The notes under the pieces: model-generated
Told to the model about the DNA's origin: nothing
Seen by the model: the letters and a program-made list of their open reading frames with translations, nothing else
Databases searched by the model: none
In this document: positions 11,810 to 25,259 of the stretch, in pieces
Numbering within the stretch: position 1 is the first letter of the stretch
How the letters are laid out: every line of letters begins with the position of its first letter
NCBI GenBank assembly: GCA_011109175.1
Contig: RDEW01000022.1
Coordinates: forward strand, 704,273-768,272
From: Dicyema japonicum
Lineage: Eukaryota; Animalia; Dicyemida
Reading direction: 5' to 3'
Length of the DNA stretch: 64,000 bases
Translations under genes and position numbers: made by a program

Positions 11810-12711
11810 ATGTTTGTTTTTATATTGTTCTCTCTATTTCTTCCCACATTTTCCAGTAATTCTTCCACGTGCTTCGATCTCCTCGTAAGCTACAGTGATG
11901 TCCTTGCTGACTTTATGAACTGTGCCGGAGTTAATTCTCGGCCTTTCAAAGTCTGCGGTAATTGCTCCCGCTACTACCATGGAGTTACTGATTACAAGGA
12001 GAAGCTGGTATTTGCTCCATTTACCTCAGATTATTGAAAACTGTGTCCACGTGCTCGTCTATATGGGGATATCTTTCGACTACGTACAGACATCTAGTTC
12101 TATGGTCAATAAAATGTGGGAATCTGCCTTTTGCAGTGGTGATTGGTGGTTTAACCTGAATAGGCTGTTATGATGACTTGGATGTGTACTCTATGGCTTA
12201 TCTGAGGTATTTAAACCACTCCACTTCCTTGTCTTCATGTCTGGGGGGTGCATCCACTTGGGTTTGATTTATTGGATTATTACAGCAAGGAGTACTTATA
12301 TGGACATCTCCCTCCTCCAAAGACTGAGTCTTGCGGTAAATGCAATGACTTTTACGACGAATTAGTCAAACTGAGGTTCTCCACGTGTTTGGATATTCAC
12401 GATAATGTAATCTTTGGGATTACGCAGACTGTCCTGTTTATGTCAATGTGGAATCAATACTTCCAATGCAAAAAATTGAGGTCACTCCCCAACTGGGTCA
12501 CTTCTATCTCCTTAGTCGTAATTCTTTTTTTAGTGGTCCTCCACTACGGACTGGCCTACTACTTTGTGAAACCAATCCATAAGCGAATATTGAGAGAGTA
12601 TCTAACAGGTTTACTGATGGGGACATTGTAGAGAGGTCAATGTTGCTGAGTACAATTGAAAACTGTTTTAATTTGGAGAAATATTGGTCCACTAACTTTA
12701 AATTTCGGTAA
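11810..12711 (+). CDS. OSTM1: Osteopetrosis-associated transmembrane protein 1 (CLC-7 beta subunit)
   Basis: Signal peptide; Cys pattern TCFDLL..FMNCAGVNSRPFKVCGNC..MWESAFCS..CGKC..CLDIHDN..WNQYFQC; single TM. 21-25 nt introns (e.g. 12008-12029). One extra G near 12243; last exon ambiguous. Confidence 0.85.
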
Positions 12712-12899
12712 TTTAGTAATTTTGATCTGCTATTTGTGGCTTTAGTGGTTATTCCTATCATGTATTAATAATATGTCTTAGTTTTTAGTCTGCACTATCA
12801 CACTCGTTTGGCACATATTTTAAAAAAGTGGGGTAAAAATGTTATGTTCTTGTAAAAAACTATATCCTAGGTGTTTGTTAGATCTACAATTTCCAGTGT

Positions 12900-13550
12900 C
12901 ATTGTACTTGCAAGAGTCCAAGCTTCCCTGGATAGTTATGTCGATAGGGAATTCCATGCCCCTCTCACCCACAACATGCAAACTCTGTCGAAGTCTGCGA
13001 TCAAGGTAAGTCTAGTTGCATTACGCAAGATTCCTTGGACCAAGAGATGAGACGTATGCAGGTAGGGCAGCTTCCATAGGGGACCTTAACCCAATGCCCC
13101 ATTCTCACATAGGCAACTTTCACATTGTCCATCCTAGTTTATCGAACTTGACGTTTAGTATTAACTCCGCCCAAGACAGTGCGGGGATAGGAGCTAACCG
13201 ACACCGCTTGCATGCATCATGTCGGAAAGCATACCATGCTCGTCTCACGAAACACTCCTTGACGAGAATTGCCTGAGGATTAGAGTGACACTGCGACTCA
13301 AACCGGATGTATGTTAGCGGCACAGATGATGTGTGGAGGGAACGTCGACAGTAAAGGCCTATATCCTCTGTCTAGCCAACGAAGCGTGGGACGAGCACAC
13401 AACATTAAATGACGTAGTTCTACGAGCCCTCGATTTTCCGGTTAAACTGGGAAAGATGAAGGACACCTTTCTTTCCAATATCGGACGAAGGTTTGATTCG
13501 AAGAATGCGAGGGCCGTGAAGGACAATGGTTGAGGCTCGAAATGGTGATG
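12900..13550 (-). mobile_element. CRE-clade retroelement remnant
   Basis: Minus strand encodes GLRS..MEAALPAYVSS-like sequence, resembling the CRE post-RT GLG.R...ALPAF.AS motif; heavily decayed. Confidence 0.45.
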
Positions 13551-14126
13551 ATAATAGAGAACACCTTCTCAATCCTGGCCTCTTAACTAAAAGACTTTAC
13601 TGGTTTTTTTTTTCAATCACTGCAAATAAAAAGACTGTTTTAGAACGATCTGCTGGATTCTCATCTCCAATTGGTGGATGACTCGGATATTACCTCGACA
13701 GAGAAACAAGGAGGATCCTTGCACAATTACGTTCTGGGCATTTCCTTGGCTTCCATCACTGGAAACAATTATCATAGATTCTGAAAGAAGCTTTCCCCTG
13801 CCCTGGACCTCCGGTGAATATTAAATGCCTGTGTAAGCGTCCAGCACTAGCTGTTAAAGTTGACACATCTCAGTCTTTTTTAAATAGATATTGAGTTTAC
13901 TGCTCCGATTAGAAGAGCTACCGACGACCCTCTGGCTCCATTCTCTCATTATTCAGTTATTTACTATCAAATTAGCTCTACTGAATGATATAATCTCATT
14001 AGGTTTTGACTCTGCTTCGCTAACAAGAATGCGTTCTAGTCTCTTCTCTACCACTACCTAAAGATCTCACAGTATTTGATGAATTTTCTTCTGTGTACTT
14101 GTTTAATTCTAACTCAAATCATCACA

Positions 14127-16976
14127 ATTTTGGTTGAGGTGGTGACGACATCTCTATTGCACTATGTCTTATTCGTGTTCTTTACCGACTTCTCCGTTCA
14201 CTCTGGGAACTTAACAACCTCACAAGAAGCATCAACTGGCATACGATTTAACGAAATACAACATCTCTGTCTGCTGTCTACAAGAGACAAAAACAACCGT
14301 ACAATGTACAGAACTTTTTGGAAAATTCCACCCTCTCATCGGCCTGTCGTCATTATGGTCTCGAATTTGCAGTCCATCAGGACTCGATTCACTGTGTTGC
14401 AAGAGTATGGGCAGTATCTGACCATGTCGCAGTGCTGCAAATCAAATGCGGAAATAAAATCAACTCAGTCATTTCCATTATGTATATGCCCCAACCGGAG
14501 CGCGAGTCTCAACAAACATCGAAGAGCTGGACGCATTTTACTATCTTACGAGTCGCTTTTTTCTTCTTACATTCTTCTTGTCGCCGGGGACTGGAACGCC
14601 AGGGCTGGAAAAGCCAAACTAGGGGAGACGTGCATTGGAGCACACGGAAGGAATCGTCGCAACCTTCCTGGAGAGTCACTGATACAATTTTGCACGACGT
14701 TCAACCTACTCTTATGCAATACTTGTTTCAAGCACTCAGAAAGACACAAGACCACATGGGCACCAGAAAAGACAAATCAGGCAACAAAATCCGAATATAC
14801 AACCAGATTGACTACATTCTCTGCAAGCAACATCAGAAGGTATAATTCGAGGTCATATGACGGACTTGAAACGAGCAGCGATCACAAACTTGTTGTCGCT
14901 CGGCTAATACTAAACAGAGTTCATGGAATACATTGAAAACGCAAAGGTATCTCCTCAGTACGACACGGATAGCTACATTATGAAGAATCTACCAGTCTTC
15001 GATATAGTACAACTCTGAGGAATAGCATTAACTCCATTAACGAAAATCAACAAGCAAATAAAGTATGGGAGGAAATAGTCGTTGCTATACAAAACGAAGT
15101 TTCTAGTGTTTCGGGCTCCACCCCCAAACCCAGTCACAAACAAAGCAGTCCGGATATAAGACGACTTTCTGTAATACAAAAAGAGCTCAGGCTCCGATCA
15201 GAAAATACAAGTGCAGCAGAAAAAATCGACGAGCTCTGCACCCAGAGGGACAGAGTCCTGACGAAGATCAAACAAATACAAAAATTCCTTGCCAGAAATG
15301 AAGCAGAAAATCAAATTTCAGAAATTTTGAAATGTAAAGATGAACCAAGGATGTTCAACGCAATTCGCCTCCTGAATATCGGGAGGAGTTCAAGCCTCGA
15401 TCACTGTCCAAGAAAACATCGGCCGTCATTGGAGACGTTAATAAAGCTAATATAATAGCTTCTCATTTTGATCAAATATTCAACACGCACAGGGAAATTA
15501 ACCACACAGTGAAACTATCAAAACCAGACAAATCCACTCTATTGCACCCAATAAGCATTTCGGAAACTCTTCAAGCAATCAAAAAACTGAACACCGGAAG
15601 ATTTGCAGGACCAGATGATGTCCCAGAGGAGCTAGGTAAAATGATCACCAATGTTTTTAATCGGTCTCTCCAGGAAGAAAATGCGTTGGAACTGGGAAAA
15701 GGGTGGTTAATACCTCTACAAAAACCTGGGAAAGCTAAAGGTCCCCTTTGCAACCTTATACCAATAATTCTACTAATTTCCATACGCAAAACACTCTTTC
15801 ATTGCATTACACTGGATAAAAAACAAAGTGAACAAATTCCTATCCCCGGATTTCGGACAGGCAGGTCTACAGCCAATGTAGTGTGGGGGCACAGATGGTA
15901 TTTTGACTGCCAAAAGTATAAAAAATCTATTGAAATATTTGGCATTGATGTGTCTCGTGCATTCGATTCGGTACACAGGGAGAAACTATGGAAGTTCTTA
16001 AGAGTTTTCTTCACTCAGACGACGTTGCCCTTTCTCATGCGGAACACTCACCTTTCTGTCAAAATTGGCTAATGTACCACCAACTATTTTCCGACTTCAC
16101 GTGGAGTTCCACATGGAGACTCGCTATCCCCGGATCTTCTTATTGTTTACCTTGAAACTGCACTAAGAGAGTTCAGAGTTCAGGGCCCTGATTGGTAACA
16201 ACTATGACAAGATTTTGTCTCTGAGGATAATCAAACACTTCAGCACATGCTCAACTTACTCCCACACATATTTTCGAAATGGTTCTTAACCGTGAATCCC
16301 GACAAAACAGTTAACAACGCTTACACGTAATGATTGGAGATCTGACGATTCATGGAGAAGGCACTCGCTTCTAGGAGACTCTGAAGATGTTGCTCGTAGG
16401 AAGATCCTCGCTATGAGTGCACTGAAAAAAATATCGTCAATATGGAGCCACAAGATGATAGGACTAAACACCAGGCTTAGAATATACAAAGCTTTTGTCA
16501 TCCCGGTACTAACCTACAACTCTAGGACTTGGGGAATCTCTAAACGGGAAATGGACCGTCTTGACTCCTTCACAGAGCACAGCTCAAGTCGGTAATCAAG
16601 ATCAACTGGTCTAGGAAGATCTCTAATACAAACCTTTATAATAAATGCAAATATGAAGTGTTGTCATATGATATCCTCTTTGATCACGTGTTACGTCTTA
16701 ATGACCAGGTCCCCGCAAATGTCGCAATGGATAATTACTTTGCACAAACAGGAGTCAGATTCCGCGGAAGGCTAAGAATGACACTTCTGACTATCTTGAA
16801 CGAAGACCTATTAGCGGTTGGTATGAGACTAACTTCGGCGGACGATCTGGACAACCTAAGAGAACTAGCGCGCAACAGAGGATCATGGTCGAGGCTGACG
16901 GAGAGGATGATTAGGAATACAGCACAAGGGAAACTTAACTAATTTTATGTTTTCTCGGAAGTGCTTTAATAGTAAT
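14127..16976 (+). mobile_element. Near full-length but frameshifted RTE-clade LINE
   Basis: APE (VCCLQETK, AGDWNARAG, NQIDYILC, SSDHKLV), RT (AGPDDVP, GFRTGRST, IDVSRAFDSV, GVPHGDSLSP), RTE-type C-terminus and (TAA)n-like tail; flanked by AATCATCACA / AATGATCACA, a possible TSD. Confidence 0.9.
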
Positions 16977-16989
16977 AATGATCACACCC

Positions 16990-17950
16990 CGACGTGGAAG
17001 AGAATGGCTCTCCACAAAGGAGATGTGGTTATTTCGTATCTAGGGTGGTTTTTAATGTATTTGTTTATGGCTTCATAGAGGGGGCTGTCAGGAAGAATAA
17101 CTGCCTTCACCATCTTCCTTTGTCGTTGAATCAAAACTTCTACCAAATGGGCGGACATAAAATTCCGGCCAATTACTCTTTTGGCAGCTTTCTGGATTGC
17201 GACTTTTTTACTAGAGATGAGCTGGAAATGGCCATTAACCATGGACTCACTTGAGTAGGTCATGTCGGTTGTATAAATTGCCGATAAACTGCGGAAAGGG
17301 ACCCAGTGTTTCTTCGGTTTTGTTGGTGTGGTCGGATTTCCACATCGTTAATTGTGTTCTTAGGCCTCCTTGTATATTATTGCCTGAAGATGTAAAAGGG
17401 ATTTTGTAGGTGACACCTCAAGGAACCCATGTTGAAAGGCAGACTTTGGGATGCCATCTCGAATAAATCGAGGACCATCCTTTCTAAGATTTTTGAAACA
17501 GCGCATAGAATCGGTTTATATGATGGTGTTTCCTCTGCGGGTTGACCTCCCTTCAGAATTGGTTTTATGTGAGATCCACCGGATGGGGAACTGATTTAGA
17601 GAGCTTCGATTCCCGAATCCATTTTGAAGTCTACAATCAAAACGCACAGTTCCATAACTTTGCTACGGACCCCGTTGGCATTCAGTTAATCAGGATAGAA
17701 CTAGTTATATATCACCAGATAGTAATACACAAAAAGGGCTTTCAAGGTGACAGAGAAGTGGTCTACGGACAAAAGGAACATAATGCCGACACCTTTGACA
17801 TCCTAATCAGAGTAACGAAGGAGGCCTGACCCAACGTGATCAAGAAACAACCCGACTCCAACGAGCTTGTAAATGAGGAACATTGAGCCAAACTGAGAGC
17901 CTGGATTAAACTTGTCGGGATCAATTAGTTTTTTCGGTTTAACGGTGGTC
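16990..17950 (-). mobile_element. Degenerate deleted LINE (RT fragments)
   Basis: Minus-strand FQHGFLEVSPTKSLL, GSLSAV..IYTTDM and IQKAAKRVIG fragments. Confidence 0.55.
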
Positions 17951-18304
17951 TTAGAATAAAAATTTAATTTAATTCAAAAATGAACTGTCCACCGAGATTT
18001 TATTATTTCATTTTTAAAGAGTTTTGGCTCTATCCGAGGCTGATCCTTGATGTGTTGCCATCAGGTAGCGTCTCAGGCAAGGCATCTAGCACTTTCCAAT
18101 GGGAAGAGAGTTATATCGTGGGATCTTTTGTTTGCTAGGCCAGCCTGAGAGACTCCAACTAAACCAAGAATAGCTCGTTGATGGTTTTATGCCTCGGACT
18201 TATTCCAGCGCTTCTTCGGCGGGAAATGGCGTGAAAATCTATCATATCGACCATCCTTCCGCATCTATAAAGGTAGGCCACACAAACATTTAATCCGACA
18301 AATA

Positions 18305-18620
18305 AATTATTGCTATTATTAACCCCAGATACACCGAGAAAGGTTAACAGTAATCAACTAATTGAGTGTATTCAGTTTCCACTGTTACAGAAAGAGTCCT
18401 TTAACGTCACACAAGTCCATGCATAACCAGCATAAAAGGTAAAAGACGTCCATTCCTTGCAGTTGTGGAAACCCTTCCAATAGAGCAAATGATCCTTTTT
18501 CGTTCAGCCTGGTACGAGCGGATCACATGACGCCACTCTAGTAGGAAAGGGAGGAGGGACAAACAAAACAAACAGAAAACTTCAACCAATTATCCACATA
18601 GCACCAAATGGCGCCACGCA
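18305..18620 (-). mobile_element. Non-coding non-autonomous retroelement family A, copy 1
   Basis: Collinear with 26560-26845 and 46125-46431 (TAATTGGTTGAAG, TAGAGTGGCGTCA.GTGATCC, GTTTCCACAACTGCAA, GTGGAAA...ATACACT.AATTAGT); ends CTGGGGTTAATAATA. Confidence 0.9.
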
Positions 18621-18624
18621 AAGT

Positions 18625-19060
18625 AATTATCACGCATTCAATCAGCGACCTCATCTTTGATCGATGTTTTACCTTTCCTGCGCATGAACGTACTGCTGAC
18701 TGATTTTTCAGGGTCATATTCCCGTGATCTGGATTCTAGTTTCATATGGGACTCCAGAGGCGTTGCTCCAGTTCGGTGATCTCACAAATCCAACGTTCTG
18801 TTACCTGAAAGCTTTTTTTGCATTTCCTCGATCTTCTTTATATTTGTCAAAGATATGGATGGTCCCCACGAGGCGCATGCATATGAGAAACATGGCTCGA
18901 AGTACTGTCCGTACACGTTCATCAGAACTGGGTGAGTACCAATCTTCCATATTCCTAATAAATTTTTTAATACGTTCAGTTTCTGTGGCCTTCAGGATGT
19001 CCCGATCTCGAGAAGCCAAAACATTATCATCTACATAAGAGAGTAGAAGATCATTATCAG
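18625..19060 (-). mobile_element. LINE post-RT fragment
   Basis: KLNVLK..L.NVY.QY.EPCFSYACASW..IEEMQK; homologous at DNA level to 24050-24290. Confidence 0.75.
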
Positions 19061-19190
19061 AGTCAAGAGATAGGCTAGAAAAAGGTTAAACAGAGCAGGG
19101 GATAAAGGAGATCCTTGAAGGAATCCGTTGATTAAAATTATTGAATATAAAATAATAAACGTTTAAATGTAAAATAATAGTATTATTACA

Positions 19191-19410
19191 ATGGTAGTTG
19201 ATCAGAGTGATGTGGGCACTAATTTGGAAGAAGACATTGTTGCTCAGATAATAGACGACATTGATGTTACCAATAAGAAAATAGCCGAATCATCAAAAGT
19301 AATAAAAGACATTAATTTAATGGTTAATTTAACTTACTATTGATTAGGACATGGGAGAGGTTATTACGGGTAGTTATGTGACCAAGACTCTAAATACGGC
19401 AATGAAATGA
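19191..19410 (+). CDS. 64-aa orphan coiled-coil-like microprotein, two exons
   Basis: ATG after an AT-rich spacer; 25-nt intron 19323-19347 (GTTAAT...ATTAG, contains stops); spliced product MVVDQSDVGTNLEEDIVAQIIDDIDVTNKKIAESSKVIKDINLMDMGEVITGSYVTKTLNTAMK. Confidence 0.55.
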
Positions 19411-19619
19411 TCCCTGTTATTCCCAGATATGAATAATTATTATTTCAACCTTTTAATATTGTGGTACATCATATACTAATTTTTTCAATTTTAAGTTAGT
19501 GATTTATTGACTGTTTCTTTAAATAGAGACTGTCTCCATTACATCATTTTGGAGTATTTTGTTTATGCACCAATCATACACAAAACGGCCTACTCAGACT
19601 ATGGACAAACTGGTCAAAT

Positions 19620-20690
19620 TGTAAATATATAATAAGCTCCAAGATACCACAGTATCATAATGGATGCCCGCGCTTATGGGAGATCGATTATTAAAGTGAT
19701 CGCAAAATGGTTATTTCCACACTTCTACAGCTAAATATTAACTGGATCTCACAAAAAAAGACGAGCCTCGGAATTTTTATCATCTCACCACGAGGACATT
19801 GCGATTGTCACCATAGTCCTACTTCTCCATTCAATGGATACCCATTCGTATGGATTGCCCTAATGGAACGAGTATCCTCTCTCCTGACACGGCCTAACCG
19901 TCTCTTCTATGGATCAGCGAGAATATATTGGCAAAACTTCTTTTATACCAAAATCTCCTCATCCTTTTTAACGAAAAGTCATCACTTTTCACCACAGACT
20001 CGTAAATTCAAATTGGAACCAACGTTATTTTTAAACAACACTCTCCTTCCTGTGACTAAAACTCTGAAATATTGGGTGTTATTTTTGATACTTCGTAGTA
20101 TGCGAAAAATCTCAGATTCTCAACTTACTGCAGTACATCATTTGGCCAGAGCATAGTTATCTTGACATAAGACAATTTACCAAAACAAAGATGAACTGTG
20201 GTATTTCTTCATGGGGTCCCTGTTTATCAATAACAAACGTCAAAAAATAGACTCAAACTATGCTCTAAGAATTATTATTGGCTGTTTAAAAACCACCTAC
20301 ACTGGGAATCAAAAATTCTCACAATTGGGATCATTTCACGATGCTCCCTCACAATTCCTTTACAAGTGTAAAACAACGTGGCATCCAGCTCATTGCCTCT
20401 GGGTCTTCACAAAAAAATTATTATTCCAATCGGTACCGCGGCAAGTTCACTTGGCGCGCCTACGTTGTGGTCACCACATGGATTTAAACATGTATTTGTA
20501 CAGTATTATCATCCTCTTCATTATACCCACCATGCTTTCTTGACGACCAGGAGACGAGTCATATCTTCTCTTGTTCATGTCCACCTCCGAGTTTTGTGCA
20601 AAACCAAATATACCGCTCTGGGAGCTCTTGTTTGTGACGTTTTTGTTAGCCATCAGTTTATTTTAGGGAATGGGGGTAAATAAACCGAAT
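19620..20690 (+). mobile_element. Heavily deleted Ingi/Vingi-like LINE
   Basis: APE start (LLQLNINWI), RT-thumb remnant (TLKYWV) and C-terminal ARLRCGHH zinc-finger region; ends TGGGGGTAAATAAA. Confidence 0.7.
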
Positions 20691-20699
20691 CAAAGAAGC

Positions 20700-21230
20700 A
20701 AACTTATATAGGAAGTAACCACTAAATAAATGCAAATGGAATGCATAAAACCAAAGAACAAAATGGTCCAGTCCCTGACGTGGTAAATGGGAATTCCTCA
20801 AATATGGAACCCACAAGCTCAACGGAAACATTATTAAGATACTAAATGCATTGTTTAGGAATTGCACCCTACTGCTCGGAGAGGGGGTCTACATGCTCAG
20901 AAATCTCACAGTAGAGAACCTCACACAACTTACTTTGATGAGCACACCATTAAAAATACACGCCAATATAACTCTGCAAAGAATTGAGTGCCAAATAGAC
21001 TCCTACCAGTCAGCATACCATAGCGGCTTTTGTAGAGGTAGATCAACTTCAAATGTAGCATAGAGTCGCAAATTCAGGTCTACTTGGATTTCCACGGCCA
21101 TATAACTACTTATGATGTGTACTCACTATCCCTTCTAGTTTCTTAAACCTTCCATACTTCCGTAATTCATCAAGGTCATCCACTGTTTTTGGATTATCAA
21201 TTTGTTAACCACGGATACCCAGACAAGTTA
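20700..21230 (+). mobile_element. RTE-like RT remnant
   Basis: ITLQRIECQIDSYQSAYHSGFCRGRST fragment. Confidence 0.45.
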
Positions 21231-21769
21231 ATAGTTAACAAATGATTAAATATATTCAGTACAACCGTCACAGAAAAAAGAGTCATCTCAATGTTACATA
21301 ATTTCATCAGAACCAATGATAACATCCAGTCACATGCTGTAAATTTAACATAATTTTGAATACGAGACAGTAATGAATATTCAAGTGGGCATTAATATGC
21401 ATCAAATTAAATATAAAACTGTTAAAAACTCAGTTTTATTATCGTTAATGATAGTCTTTATCTCAAAAATCGATCAAAAGCATATTGTACGCATGGACAG
21501 TGAAACCGAAATACATACAATAGCTAATCAAAGAAAGTTCACACTCATATTTTGCCATCAAAATAAATGTTATTTAATTCGTTGTAAAAGATTGTGCAGT
21601 AGGTTTTCCATTCCTCTTATGAAATTAATATAGTCTATATTTATGACTGTGATTGCTTCTAGACAGTGGCCCGACTTAACGTGATCGCGGAACCCGTTGA
21701 AGAATTTAGTTTATTTCCATATTTCGTTTTGGCATAAAGTTAAATCTTGACTCACAAAAGTTGGTGGAA

Positions 21770-22395
21770 GAGGTAATAAGCAGAGCCATATCCAAGGCCA
21801 ACAACTCAGAGGCCAAAGGAACAGACAACATAACCACGTGCGAACTGAAGCACCTAGGCCATGAGCCCTGGAACTATTAGCCTATATCTTCAACCTATCC
21901 ATCAACACGGATACAATCCTGAAATATGGAAATGTCTCTAATCAAACCAATTCGAAAACCTACTAAATAAATTAACCATCTTCCTATCGCCCAATATCTA
22001 TTCTGAGTCATGTCTCAAAGATCCTTGAAAGGCTTGTTCTGGAAATGTACTAGAATCAATCTCAATACCTTTGACCTAGCAAGGACGATATTATTCTTGC
22101 CTCCACGGACAGAAGCATTCAATCAGGGACTCAGTCCGCCCAATAAATGTCTAACAAAACACAAGATTCTGGAGTCACTTTGATCAGTGCCAGCTACCCC
22201 CTGTTTCATATATCATCGAAATATCTACAAACATGTAAAAAGTTTGAGCCGATGTCATGTCCAATGAGAAGAGCTGTACAGGATTTTCGACCGCCGGACT
22301 CGTCCTCTCCCTTGTCGGTCTGGGATCACTTAGTTAGTTGAGAACTTTTACTTATTTCTTCCTTGACCCAATGATCCTGGAGGTAATAATAATTA
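21770..22395 (+). mobile_element. LINE RT fragment joined to a conserved 3' module
   Basis: IFNLSINTDT..YRPISILSHVSKILERLVL, then ~230 bp nearly identical to 42454-42700 ending GGGATCACTTAGTTAG...CTGGAGGTAATAATAAT. Confidence 0.75.
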
Positions 22396-23129
22396 TAGGA
22401 GACTTTTTGGTCTGATTCTTACATTCTGATTTACAAAATATTCATAACTAATAATGATTATTATAAATTTCAATGCAATGTTGGGTCAAACCTCAAAATT
22501 AATAATACATCTGTTTATTAGATCACGAAGCTCACATCTGAAGAGTTTTTCGTTAAAAGCAAAAAAAATGACGCGAGTGATCCGTACTATCGGATTTTCC
22601 TGACCTCCTTGTCTGTTGTGTTCAATTCTTTTTAATGAAAAAATTGTCGAAAATTCCATAACAATATTTCCTTTGTTAGAATTTTACTTTGGAAGTGATT
22701 CCCAGATATTTTAATTCTAAATATCAAAATAAGTTAAGTTTAAATTCTAAGAATATTTCCCAAATTAATGACTGGATTGTATATTCTTTTTAACTACGGT
22801 AGTTGAAAATGATAATCTCAAAAGTGAATAATCGAACTCAAAAGCTCACAGAAGGCATTCATTTTATTTAAAAACAAACTATTGATGGAATTTTGGTACA
22901 ATCTTTCCGTCTCTATGCTGTAATAAAAGTCAATTTCTTCTCTGACGATTTTTTTATGTGAAGACGTCGAATCTGAAATACTTAAAAACCAGGTGCAAAA
23001 ATTGCCCTAGAATTGAAGACGATAAGCGTATGACTCTCAATTGCACGAAGCCAGACATCCTAAAACTTATAATAAGTATGCACTATCAAAAGTCGCATTG
23101 ATTTTATGTTTTAAAATAAAACTTTAAAT

Positions 23130-23265
23130 TAATTTGAATATCGGATCACTACACGAACAAGAGACCTCATCAGCGCTGCTTGTTATTTAAGCGATTCTCG
23201 CTCGCCATTCTATGATGGAATAGCCACGCAGTCAGGTCGCCGCTATATGACAATTTACTTTTTTT
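23130..23265 (+). mobile_element. Short 3' fragment of a CRE-clade element
   Basis: CGCTCGCCATTCTATGATGGAATAGCCACGCAGTCAGG...GCTATATGAC matches the CRE end at 27640-27690. Confidence 0.6.
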
Positions 23266-23809
23266 TCAAATAATATTTATATTGGAATATTTATTTTAAT
23301 TAACATAAACTTTATTTTTAAAGACAATCAAAAATCAATCAAAAATGATCCGCAGACATAATCGACGTTGCGTTGCCTCTCACGATTGCAACAGAGATCA
23401 ACTGGAGAAGCCAACGAGTCACACATGCGTCTTGGTTTTTTAGTGCAGCCAGGCTGTTAAGTTTCTCTAGCAAACGAAGCGTTTTCCAGTCTATATTTCC
23501 AGTTGTATCAACTACTATAGGGCAGAACGTGAACCGATCGTGCAGCGCTTCGTATTTTTCTTTTTTGCTTTCATTTTTTCCGCGACATACAGTGTGTCTA
23601 CTGCGCTCCCGACAATGTTGGGTGGACAAAGGGGGTTGATGCAGATGAAATTCCTTACCAATGGCTGTCCCCCTCCTCGAATGAAAAGATTATAATTTCT
23701 TCCAGTTTTCCGTCTCTTCTTTCCAGGCCAACCGGTTCAAGTATGGAAGGGTATCTATCAGACTCCAGGGCTCGCTTAACAATTTTGTTGATCGCCTTAT
23801 GCTTTGGGT

Positions 23810-23866
23810 ATTGAGGAATCCCATTATCAGGTGGACGGAACCAAGGTTGGGAACCACTGCTCTATA
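23810..23866. mobile_element. Isolated hAT/Charlie-type terminal fragment
   Basis: AAGGTTGGGAACCACTG followed by CTCTATAA, like the Charlie ends at 35510 and 62567. Confidence 0.5.
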
Positions 23867-23879
23867 ACAAATTAACCTG

Positions 23880-24285
23880 GACCGACTAAATGCCTGGAAT
23901 ATGGAAAACCAGCTCATAGTGAATGCAGAAGTCGTCTACGTCCCTTTTTAGCTATGACAAAAGATCGGGAAAAACTTTTAAGTCAAACAAGGTCGACATC
24001 CCCTTCAACAGATGTCAAAGATCTAGAGTGTGACAATTGATATGCATCTCTGTTGCGAGAAGAAACTGAACGTATTGAAAAGTTTATCGGGAATATGGAA
24101 GAGTTGATGAACGCGTACAAACAGTACATCGAGCCATGTTTCTCATATGAATGCGCCTCCTGGGGACTGTTTATATCTTAAACAAAAATGAGGAAAATCG
24201 AGGAAATGCAAAAGAGGACTTACATATGTCGAACGTTGGATTTGTAAAGATCACCAAACCAGACCGACGCCTCTGGAGGCCCATA
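23880..24285 (+). mobile_element. LINE post-RT fragment nested in the CRE element
   Basis: Homologous to 18700-19000 (GAAACTGAACGTATT...GAGCCATGTTTCTCATATG...GAGGAAATGCAAA). Confidence 0.7.
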
Positions 24286-25259
24286 TGAGACTAGAATTCA
24301 GATGGTCATCCCATCTGGTCATTTCCCGTCAAGCCTGCAAAGACGGACTGTTCAAGCATGGAGGGATGTCCGGCTTCGTCCAAAGCTCGCCTAATGACTT
24401 CGTTCAAGACCATGTGTTTGGGAGATCTGCCTGTACTCTTTCTGCAAGAGAGAGGTGTAGGCCAAAACAGTCAATCTCGTTTCTCATTGGCATGGACGTA
24501 ATACTTTTAATGAGTCATAATGAGATCCCAATACGGACGCATTCATCATCCAGAAAGGTACCAAAACTCCATTATGATGCGCTGAGCAATACACTGCTCA
24601 CGGAAGACGCCCCGACAACAAAAAGGCACGGCGATGTGACATAGCAGATTTAAAAGAATTCCAGCATACGAAATTGTTCAGACCCCTTTGAGAGATCATG
24701 GAAGTTTGAGAAAACTGATAGGTATGGCTCTAGCTCTCACAAGCATAATCGACGTCCTGGCCGATATTGAATTCAGGGAGGGATTTTAGAATCCTCTTGA
24801 CAAGGGTGTTACAGAGACGACGAGAGACATGCAGGGAGAGAAATGTCTACTGGGTTGCGAATTCCAATCCCTTTGAATCTCATTGGCAATGTGGCCTGCT
24901 TCTATGAGTGTTCCTCAAACCGGACGTTGAAGATACACTCCACCGTTGAACAGTAAGACCCCATCAATTTGTACGAGTTGGTCACACTGGGTGAAATAGA
25001 GAGCAGTCCTCAGGACATATGCAGGCCTCTGTATGTTGAGGCTATTCTTTAGGATGAATAATGATATATGCACGCCAACACAAGCGGTATAGAGTCTCTT
25101 CGAGTAACAGTCGTTTTTCCCGTATAGCTCTCCCCATTGCACTCATGGTGATTGGGGATCCTAGGAATATAAGGTTTTCATCGAGTGTGGAAATACTTAC
25201 AGGTACTAAATTCTCGAAAGATGACACTGCTTTTGAATACTTTTCTTATGAAAGTCCAC

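Larger units (their letters stand above)
23330..25230 (-). mobile_element. CRE-clade RLE retrotransposon interrupted by a LINE fragment and a hAT end
   Basis: 23339..23629: FCPIVVDTTG..RWLLQLISVAIVRGNATSI; 24280-25230: LIFLGSPI, RLGL, CRLDGK.PDG fragments. Confidence 0.75.
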
